From contig CDRNST010000093.1 of assembly GCA_977016875.1 (NCBI GenBank), positions 5,084,001 through 5,148,000 on the forward strand: 64,000 bases of DNA, read 5' to 3'. Source of the DNA: Pavona decussata (lineage: Eukaryota). Positions within the stretch are counted from its first letter, which is position 1; each line of letters starts with the position of its first letter. The translations under genes were made by a program, and so were the position numbers. Below, piece after piece: positions 37,101-64,000 of this stretch. A model generated the notes under the pieces. That model was not told where the DNA came from. It searched no databases and was given only the letters and a program-made list of their open reading frames with translations.

Positions 37101-39218
37101 TAGCAGGATCATCAGAAAACAAACACTTGACGCAGTTCTGACTCTTATTCTCCCTTGTCCACAAATTTTCTGGAGCGTTTAACCGAATATTTCTGCGTTG
37201 TCATCGACTCCTAAGCACGTTCATCTGATTTGAAGTAGTAACCAAATCTAACCCGCGTATGGCCTCCTGTGTTCGCCCTTTTTTAACGCTTAGTGTCTCC
37301 TTATCGTTTTCCCAGCCTCCATGGCTTTTCACTACCAAAGGCTCTCGTGCGTTTCTATTGATTGAGAATTCCAGTCAACCCTCTCACTCTTGTTGATTTT
37401 GATTGCTGTCTGTGACGCCCTCTCGTTAATTTTCGTGTACTCTTTTTAAGAATAAATCTGCTCAAATCTTCATGAAAACTGGAGAGAGTTGAAACAAGCG
37501 CAGTAGAAACCTCCTTTCATCCTGGTTAAACTCAGACGTGTGATATACTCTCATCGTCTGTGCTCCTTGAAGTAAATTATTCTCGGTTTTCATTACATCG
37601 GACAAGTTGCTTGGCTGTTGTACAACACCAGAATGCTGGATTTGCATTGGAAGAATACGAATTAGTTACGGCAAAATGTCTGAGTATGGTAAAGGGGCCA
37701 CGGAGTTTAGTATGACACCTAAAAGGCAACAGTTCTGAACTGGGCCTAAGCTAGACTTCCGCCAATCTTTTCGAACAAGTTGTTTTTCGAGATGGGTGAG
37801 TTCATTGATTGTTTGATTTATCGGCTCTTTATGGACCCTAAACTTAGGGCGCTTTTTTTATCCACAATCCTGGAATAAGAGTGGTTGGTACGGAATGCTA
37901 GGAATAATTCGGATTGTCTAAATAAAAAAACGCCCGTCGAGATGCACGGTCCTGGCACCAGTAAACATTGCGTAACAAATATGGCAGCCGACGGAGAGTA
38001 GCCATTTTTCTTCATGTCGTCGGCAATCGATCGGCCAAATTGCCCTTTTCTTGTACGAAACATCACTGAAAAAAGCCCTCGTTCTTTTGGTACAATGAAA
38101 TTAGAAGTAATGTTTCATTGTGTCCAAAAGTGTAACCTGATTTTTCTCACGTATTTGAATCCGCGGCGCTCGTCTCGCCGTCCGCCATCTGGATTTTCAT
38201 TCGCAACATTCTGTTCATTCTGCCCCTGAGAGCAGAATGGATGGAATGGCATTCTGTCCATTCCAGAATTGGAATGCGGAATAGAAAAAAGCGCGCATTT
38301 TACATTCTGGCCATTTTCATTCCAGAATTGCGAATAAAAAAACGCGCCCTTAGCCTAACTAACACACATTCTCGTTTGACTTTGATATCCTTCTTGTCGC
38401 AGGTTACTGGTCAGTACACTCTTGGTCAGAAACATCGCCTGGAAGCGATTCTTATCAGCGAAGATTGTAGAGTGGTGATTTGCTCTCAAGCCAGCTTTTT
38501 CGTCGAGCACAAAGAATCCACACTCCCACTAGTGGCCTTCAACACCATGACGCATGAACACAAAAATCTGGATCCGGTAGAAGACGAGCGGCTTGGTTTG
38601 GATCTTGGTGCAGCCATTACAGAAGACGGCAAGTACCTTCTTGTGCAACTGACAAACGAGATCAAAACAGCGCTGTGGGACACTGAATCTGGTCACATTT
38701 TGCACCTTTTAGATGATGCTAATCAGAGAGGCATGGTTGCGATTTCGTCCAAGAGCATGCGAGCGGTGACAGGCCAATCGGCTGAGGAAAGCGGCTTGAA
38801 GATTTGGGATGTGCAAAGTGGCAACTTACTTTACAACTTCGTTGGAGACGAAATCACCAAAATCTACCTCATACGAGAAGGGACCATCGCAATAACCACA
38901 GATTCCAAAGGGTACCAACCTACATGCTTTGAAGCATATGATCTCATGAAAGGTAAGAAGCTGGCCACGTTCACTGTTGACACAAACCCGTCTTGGATTT
39001 GTCAGCTGGGTGACAATGTTGTTTATACATTGCCAGCCAGCGTTTCAGTCATTACACTTGGGTTGCGTATTCCCTGGATCGAGCAGGGAGCCAAACTGGG
39101 GCCATCTTCGTATGGCGCCCACAAAGAACTAAGTGAATTCAAGGGAATGCTGGATCCTTGTGATCCTAATGACGTTGATAAGGACAAAGATGATGATGCC
39201 TCAGATGTCATGCAATAA
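28183..39218 (+). CDS. NWD2-like: DUF4062-NACHT-WD40 STAND NTPase (NWD1/NWD2-like), paralog 2, ~1774 aa, 9 coding exons
   Basis: Exons 28183-28233, 29267-29717, 30313-30515, 30596-30929, 31458-32188, 32732-32947, 33583-35280, 35974-36798, 38403-39218; GT-AG and frame-consistent (5325 nt). Same DUF4062, Walker A (GESGCGKTS), Walker B (LIVDSLDQL) and WD40 motifs as paralog 1; first six intron positions shared. Confidence 0.92.
28480..28985 (-). mobile_element. Decayed CR1/L2-type LINE RT 3' fragment in intron 1 of paralog 2
   Basis: Minus strand reads (with frameshifts) FKSLI.PVFDCCDVVWGNL...KLQNRAARII, a typical CR1/L2 ORF2 C-terminal motif. Confidence 0.7.
30995..31115. mobile_element. Palindromic fold-back element (internally deleted TIR element)
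   Basis: ATGATCATCGAAGTTATACACGCAAC..AAGCAGTTG..AAGAAAGCC / GGCTTTCTTTTCGCAACTGCTTAAGTTGAGTATATAACTGCGATGATCAT. Confidence 0.65.
37847..38349. mobile_element. PIF/Harbinger-like MITE (~500 bp, TTA TSD) in the last intron of paralog 2
   Basis: TTA|GGGCGCTTTTTTTATCCACAATCCTGGAATAA ... TTCCAGAATTGCGAATAAAAAAACGCGCCC|TTA. Confidence 0.75.
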
Positions 39219-39388
39219 ACGCTCTATGGCTGTTGTAAAGCATTTACCTGAACGTATGGAGTTAACAATTTCTTCTCACGAGATATGTCGCCTTGGAGAG
39301 ACTGATAAACGAGGAACTTCCTCAAAAAGTACTGCTTTATATGAAGAGTCGCACTTCTGGATATTTTTTTATAAACTAAATTGCCATA

Positions 39389-40100
39389 CAGTAGAACCCA
39401 GCTAACTCAAACTCCCACTAACTCGATCAGAATCCGATTTCCCCTGGGCCACATTTTTTTTTTTTCAGTCTTTAACTATCAGCTCGAACTCGGCTATCTC
39501 AAACTCCCTGTCAACTCGAACTAATTTCACTTTCAACCGTTTTAAAAAGGTAGTTCGGTAAACCTCAAAATTTCAGAACACACTGAGCCGATTAATGCGT
39601 CCAAATATTTGATCTTTATTCATAACGTGATCGTTCATAACAAAGTCGCAGTTTGTTTTGCCATGTTGTTAAACTGAATTTTTGGCCACTAAAATTCCTA
39701 AGCCAAACGTTCTTATCAAAAGTCTCTTATAAAACAAATTTATTGCACCAAAGTGACTCGTGATCGTGAAAGAAATATAAAAACCACGATATTTTTGTGT
39801 TCGACGTAGAAAGAACACACTCCTAATTGCGTTTGGAGTCGAGATTGTATGGGACAATCAACGAATGAATGAATCTAGCTTGGGACGCGTATCTGGCACC
39901 CCCCCCCCCCCCCACAGATTTTGTAGGGCGGATGACATCATCACCAGCTTGGCAAAGGGTAGAGAGCATGGGATCGAGATCAACGAACGCAGTCCCTAAT
40001 CTTTGATTATTACTAGTGTTAATTATTAACAGGATACTTGAAATTCAACACCAACCCGGGCAACGCGAACCCGTGAGTTCGAATTGACTGGGTTCTACTG
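39389..40100. mobile_element. Tc1/mariner-pogo (Tigger-like) non-autonomous element, TA TSD
   Basis: TA|CAGTAGAACCCAGCTAACTCAAACTC ... GAGTTCGAATTGACTGGGTTCTACTG|TA. Confidence 0.8.
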
Positions 40101-41648
40101 TACTCACTCTATATTATACGTAAGGCAATTGAAACAGCACCACAGTAAAGCACTCAGTGCTAAATAGCTTAAGGTATTTTGAGGTTTCAAGACAGTTAAC
40201 TCACATATTCAATAAGTAGAATAATTTTGTAACCAAAATAATCTTATTATCGAACGTAGCTGTAAGGGAAAACATGAAAAAGTCGGAATCAAACAAGAAT
40301 GACGTTTAAGAGTCGAACGGCAAGGGCTGATGACCGTCGACTAATTCTCTTGATCATAAGGGGCAGACTAGATTTACATGGACTGCCAATCTTTATGCGC
40401 ACTCGTATTTTTTACCTTCTTCTTTAGCCCTTGAGTTAGGACGCTACACTTCCGGCGAGCGATCTCGGGCAGCGTTCTTCACCTCCGTCGGATCTAACGT
40501 AATTTCTGACTCAGAAAGAATGTTTTTAGCCGCATGTTCGTTGTTTTAGTGAGCCTCGTGAGCGCCAGCCGTGTGCAGGCAGTCAGAGGGGAAATTTTGC
40601 TATGAGGCTTAATTGTCTATGGCCGAAGGAGATCGCAGCCTAACCATTGAAGTTAAAAGTTGATACTCTTTGACCACGAAAGAGACAGGTACCTCCTGTG
40701 TTCTTGTGTACGGGTCAGTATTAATGAGAGATCTTGAGAACCACGCTTAAGGCTATAACCACAAAGTACACGTCAGGGTTTGGAGTTTGGCGTAAGAGGT
40801 TGTGACAGTTTGTGCATTAAGATTGAAGTAAACAAGAACAACGGATCCGGGGCCGCCATATTGAATCTCCTTGATGCTCAGCGTTGGTGTTTTAGCCAGC
40901 GGAAAAATCATGGCATTTTTGATCTTTTAGTTCACATGAAAAGGAGGGTAAAAAGTTGTTTTGTTGATCTGCAAAATCCTTAAGTAGAATAACACAAATT
41001 CCAGGTCATGGAAAGCTGAGGTCATGAATGACCTCCTCCTCCTACCTCCTGCTGTCAAAAACGACAGAAAAATAACCTCGACATTACGGCAATCATACTC
41101 TCGTCATTCTTGTTTGATTATGGCTAAAACTGCATGGTCTGCATGCAGGTCACTTACATTATTATAATCATTGATCATCTTGCTTAGATGAACTATTAGT
41201 TTTAAAACGTGTTATTCGTTGTCTTAAGATGTAGTCCGGCGCTTTGATGTCAATCGCACTGATCCGAATTCGCGAATCGAAAGTGACTACAGCGTAAGAA
41301 ACGAAAATGCGTTGTAGTTATATATTATTAACGTGTACGCTATGCGTTTTACCAGGCGGCAAGGCATACGAGTAAGTAAGAGATGAGCCAAGGAATATAA
41401 CTTCTTTCCTCCTTCTTTTCACAATTCTTCGTTGCCTGCGCTTTATACGCGTTCCTCAATTTATGTGATGGATCGTCATATTTCGGCTTCTTTCAGTTGA
41501 TCTATAATTCGACTGAAACAACAGTACGTAATAAAAATACACAAAGGGTGCACTTGAAAATATGTTTTCCTCCGTCGTGTTTTATATAAAAATGATTATC
41601 CTCCCGCGGCCTCCTGCACTATTCTAACACACAACAGGTTCTTAACAG

Positions 41649-41891
41649 GGCCCGGTTGTTCGAAAGCCGATTAACGCTAATCCATGATTAAAAGTTAACC
41701 GAGGTTTACATCTCGCTCATTAAATAAAAGTGGTTTTTGAAAGCTAATTTAAAGCTAATCTTAGAGACAAGTCTATTGGCAAAAGTGAGAGACAAAATCT
41801 TTGGAAGAATCTTTGATGATTCGTCATTAAATTCGAATCAAAGTTCACGTTAATCTAGGATTAGTTTAATCGGGCTTTGGACAACTGGGCC
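41649..41891. mobile_element. Harbinger-like MITE, CAG TSD (partial copy at ~42410)
   Basis: CAG|GGCCCGGTTGTTCGAAAGCCGATTAA ... TTAATCGGGCTTTGGACAACTGGGCC|CAG. Confidence 0.8.
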
Positions 41892-42789
41892 CAGATGATC
41901 AGTGTGAATGTGTTCTTTTCCGGCTTAGATGCCTAGGCTGCACCACTGTTCTATTTGGTCATTCGTGGCAACAAACGGACCTTGTAAAGATCAGATAATG
42001 AACGCACAGAACTGTAGCTTTAATACCTCTGTACATGATTTTCACGGACCACAGCCTGAGAAATGTTTTGGAGCTACAGCGTATCTCATTCTGATACTGT
42101 TGGCTGCGCCTTAGCGTGCCGGGTGCCAACAGTTTGAGGGAGCGCTACATTTTTTCTTGTGTGAAATCATTGACTAGCATTTTCTTCAATTTTTTTGTCA
42201 TCGATGTGACACCCACAACACTACCAGGGAAATAGGGAGAGAATTTTCTCTTTTGAAACCCGGCTTTGTCTCGTAATACCAGGAACGCAATCGTGACCAC
42301 TGCCAAGAATCTTGGACCTAGATGTGCTGGATAGCTTTTTCGTGGCGACGCCTTATTTTTTCTCGGTTTGTTAATTGACACTAGTATTCTATATCATTAG
42401 CTACAGTACTGGGCCCAGTTGTTCGAAAGCCTCTTACCGTTAACCTGGGACAAAAGTTTGGCAAGTCTGTTTCTCTCGTTGAAAAGCACAAGGAATCAAA
42501 GAGTTTAAAGACAGGCAAATTGAAAAGACAAAACACTGGACGAACTCAACAGAATTAATATGAACCCACTTCAGAATAAATTTATCGCGGTTATCGATAA
42601 TTGCAGAAAAAAGGGCGCCGGATTGACGAGGCCTTTCTTAGTTAATACATCTGCTAAGCATTGTTTCTAAGCATTGTCATTATAACAATGGACTACTGTT
42701 CAGAAACAATACTTAGAATACATTTTAACTTAGGAGAGCTCCATGAATCTAGCCTCAGGAGCCCATAATTAGGAACCTCTATCTGTATT

Positions 42790-43016
42790 AATAGACCCTT
42801 CTCCAAAATGGCGGCAACAGATTTGAATGAGTTAAAATTGAACTGAGTGAAAAACTGATACCAGCAATAGAAAGAGCACCTTTACTTTAGTAGCCTTGCA
42901 AAGTTTCAGCATATTAGGTGTAATATCAGCTTAGGAAATGTAAGATGAAATTTGACAAATTTACAGACATTTGTATGACTGGGGGTATACGTCATACCCC
43001 CAGTCATACAAACGTC
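42790..43016. mobile_element. Truncated copy of the AATAGACCCTTCTCCAAAATGGCGGC MITE
   Basis: Matches 59329-59510 and the reverse complement of 16340-16536. Confidence 0.8.
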
Positions 43017-43379
43017 ACCAGATTGACAACGGAGAAACCTTCCGGGAATGATCTTGAAAACATCAACAAGACCGTGGAAGAGCTGATGCAGCAAAATGTA
43101 ATCTCGCCGGTGGAACTGAAACCCATTTGGATACCTGTGGATTGCAAATTGTGCTCTCTGCTCGACTGTGATCGCGTTTTTGTTAATAAAGGGCTGGAAA
43201 AAGGAGCATTCGGGACATATTAAATGCAGAAAAGGTCACAGTGTATATTATTATTATTATTATTAAAAATATGAAAATTCTTTATTAAAATATTCCACAC
43301 AAATTGCTATTTACAAGTTAAAAGTATATAAAAAAGAGCTATTAAAAACCTATTCACATTTCATTTCGATTAAAAAAAG

Positions 43380-43432
<53 letters not shown>
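43380..43432 (+). repeat. (TAT)n microsatellite
   Basis: Direct reading. Confidence 0.95.
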
Positions 43433-43902
43433 CTATTTCCTTATATTTTGTGAGACATCACAGGGAAATAAAATCTTGGTGCAGTTATTGTTGAAATCTT
43501 TGTGGTTGAGTTTAATGGGATCAAAAGAACACATATCAGGAACCCAATAATCCTAAACTTAAACATTTCACGTCATACATCAAGGCCAACCTGCGAGCTG
43601 GCGTCTTCTTTTCTGAAGGCACGTTCGATGGTTTGAAAGCCGGAAAGTGCGAAGCATCATGGTTCTTTTAGCTATTCAGTTCCTTTAAAATTGAACTATC
43701 TAACAGAGTCGGTTTAAGCCAGGCGTTGCATGGTACATTGTATGTACCAGTTTAAAAGGAGTCTTATCCCATGCAGGCTGTATATTTATATTCCGCCCCG
43801 ATACGTTTTTTGAGCAGTTTGGTCTAAAAACGGAAAAAAGTGAAATTATGGTATGGTAAGGTTTGGTGCTGCTGAAGAGGTTATAAAGACGCTTTTGTAT
43901 AA

Positions 43903-43904
43903 TA

Positions 43905-43972
<68 letters not shown>
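43903..43972 (+). repeat. (AAT)n microsatellite, probably the 3' tail of a minus-strand LINE relic
   Basis: Direct reading; the minus strand reads GAGGAAATAAAGACTTTT(ATT)n. Confidence 0.9.
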
Positions 43973-43974
<2 letters not shown>

Positions 43975-45535
43975 GTCTTTATTTCCTCACAAGATAAAAA
44001 ATACATATCTCATGTAACAATATTTGAGTAAAAAGTACATATATCTAAGTTATTTACCATTAAAATACGCTCACATAGCTAAATTTGAATAGCTGGTGTG
44101 GTACAGTATTATACTGAAGAGCTGATCAAACAAGACTGATGTTGGTCAGACCAACCTTTTTTTATGTATAGATGTTACTAAGTGTATTACTGTAAAATTT
44201 TCAAACTATATAAGTGAACAATTTCGCAACATACAAGTGAGACAGGATATGACGTACAACTACGTGAAAGAGAAAGATTAAAATAGAAATGGAAAAAGAA
44301 AACGTTTTCAAAACATATAGATTGCATTTCATCACGTTTGCTGTCACAGTCAGCAAGGATTTTAGCTTATCAGATCTCCTTAGCTTAACAGATTTTAACC
44401 ATATTTGTCTGGAAGTCAGTCTAAAAACGGGCATGGTGAGGTCTGAAAACGGGTATTGGAAAGATAGTTTGTTGTGAGACAGGGTCAGGGTTTGGAAAAT
44501 CAGCCGACACTCTTAAACCAATAAAATTTCAAAGAGTACGGGAGTGGAGGGGGGGTTGTACTAAGGCAAGCGCCCCATGAGCTGAACAATTTTTGTATTC
44601 GCGGGTCATTAACTATTTTTTCAGCTACGCAACAAAAAAGGCTTACAGGAGAATACTAACCAAAAATAACTGATAAGTCATTACCTAGGCATTCACCGGA
44701 ACAAATAAGACGCATGCCGGTCACCAAATATCCGGAGTTTGATTTAAAACTTTCCGGAAGAATCCCAAAACTCGTATCACACGTCACTATGCCGTAGCTT
44801 CTAGCGAACAAGGCTAATGTTACGCTGCTGATAGGAGCAGAATCGTGCGCTTAAATCCATGCGTGATGAATGAAACTCGTGCTGTTTGAGTACGATGAAA
44901 AAGTTCAACATGAAAGAAATATATTGAATCGTTTCCTGTTGTAATCAATTGATTTTCAAATCCTCAAGATTCATGACGTGAATCGCATCACGATTCTATC
45001 TTTGGCGAAACGTTTGTTGGTTTTCTTTTCTTTGGAAACATGTATTTCTTTGTCTGAGGCTGTTGAACTTTGGAGAAAAACCTTTTAAGCCGAGCCGTTT
45101 TAATGCATATGTCTGTAAGTCACGCAAACGCCGCCAAAAAACTAATGTTGCGTGACCGTAGCGTCTACGTTCAAAGAGCAAAATATGGAAGTAACGAGAG
45201 GTAACGATGAAAAAGTTAAGTTTAAAGCTTGTTAAGGTGACTTGGCTCTAAACTTAGTTGTTTTAAATTACAAACGTAAGAAAAGAAATATGTACAAATT
45301 AGGATTCTTGTGAGCCAAGTCACACAATTTCTTCCGCTCCAAGTGATTCATGGGAGACTTTGAAAGCTCAGCATCACGCATGCGTCAGTTTAGTCGTTAT
45401 TCTACAAATTTGCTCCATCCTTTTTGCTTCCTACTTGCAGTTATGTTTGGTCCCTAACAAGGCAATCGAGTCATGTAAAAGCGTTATTTTTCGAGAAAGT
45501 GTGTTGTTCGCATTGTCATAACTCTTGGACTCAGG

Positions 45536-63601
<18,066 letters not shown>

Positions 63602-64000
63602 ATATCCTTTACACTGCTAGTTTTACTGAAATTTACGTCATCCACAAATTTTCCCGTCTGGGAAAAATAAGATCTGGACAATGCTATTGTGAAAGGAATT
63701 CTCGATACCTTTCGTTTTAATGGCCACAGTCTAGATTTTCAGCAACTGACTCAAAAGTTAGAACCATGCAGCACGACAGATAGCACCACAAGAAAATGGT
63801 GGTCAGTAGGTTTATTTGAATGGTTACAGTTTGGGATTTCATCCACAGACTCAAAAGTTAGAGGAACCATCTACGGCATAATAAACATCATCACAGGAAA
63901 GTACTGCTCAGTAGCTTTCATTTGAATGGTCACACTTTAGGATTTCACCAACAGATTTAAAAGTTAGAAATACCTTGTAGAGCATAATAAATAGCACCAC
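63602..64000 (+). other. Start of a U12-type AT-AC intron of the formin gene (3' end outside the window)
   Basis: FH2 homology ends at DKFIPVMK followed immediately by ATATCCTTT; no suitable GT donor at the boundary. Confidence 0.8.
63690..64000 (-). repeat. Same ~106-bp minisatellite family as 1-560, opposite strand
   Basis: Reverse complement reads GAAATCCTAAAGTGTGACCATTCAAATGAAAGCTACTGAGCAGTACTTTCCTGTG. Confidence 0.85.

Noticed and set aside
42945-43223. 92-aa ORF as a host gene
   Set aside because: Chimera of MITE sequence and a short, probably retroelement-derived fragment; no splice support.

Overview
Eukaryotic, intron-rich, AT-rich animal DNA; the repeat and gene content point to a cnidarian, most likely a stony coral (inference). 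Left to right: (1) a ~5 kb tandem segmental duplication, each copy ending in a small secreted Cys-containing protein gene, with copy A carrying a TIR element (5-bp TSD) that contains a Penelope-like RT fragment; (2) two tandem, intact, multi-exon DUF4062-NACHT-WD40 (NWD1/NWD2-like STAND) genes, both starting with a MGxxxS-KKKKK myristoyl/polybasic micro-exon and a long acidic linker, with near-identical DUF4062 exons (apparent gene conversion) but divergent WD40 regions and different intron counts; (3) a Diaphanous-related formin gene (23 exons seen, running off the right end) with two U12-type introns, one GC-AG intron, a Kolobok-like transposon relic inside a U12 intron and a minimal hammerhead-like motif in another intron. 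Many MITEs, LINE relics and microsatellites are interspersed. All exon models were built by eye from splice signals and frame continuity.
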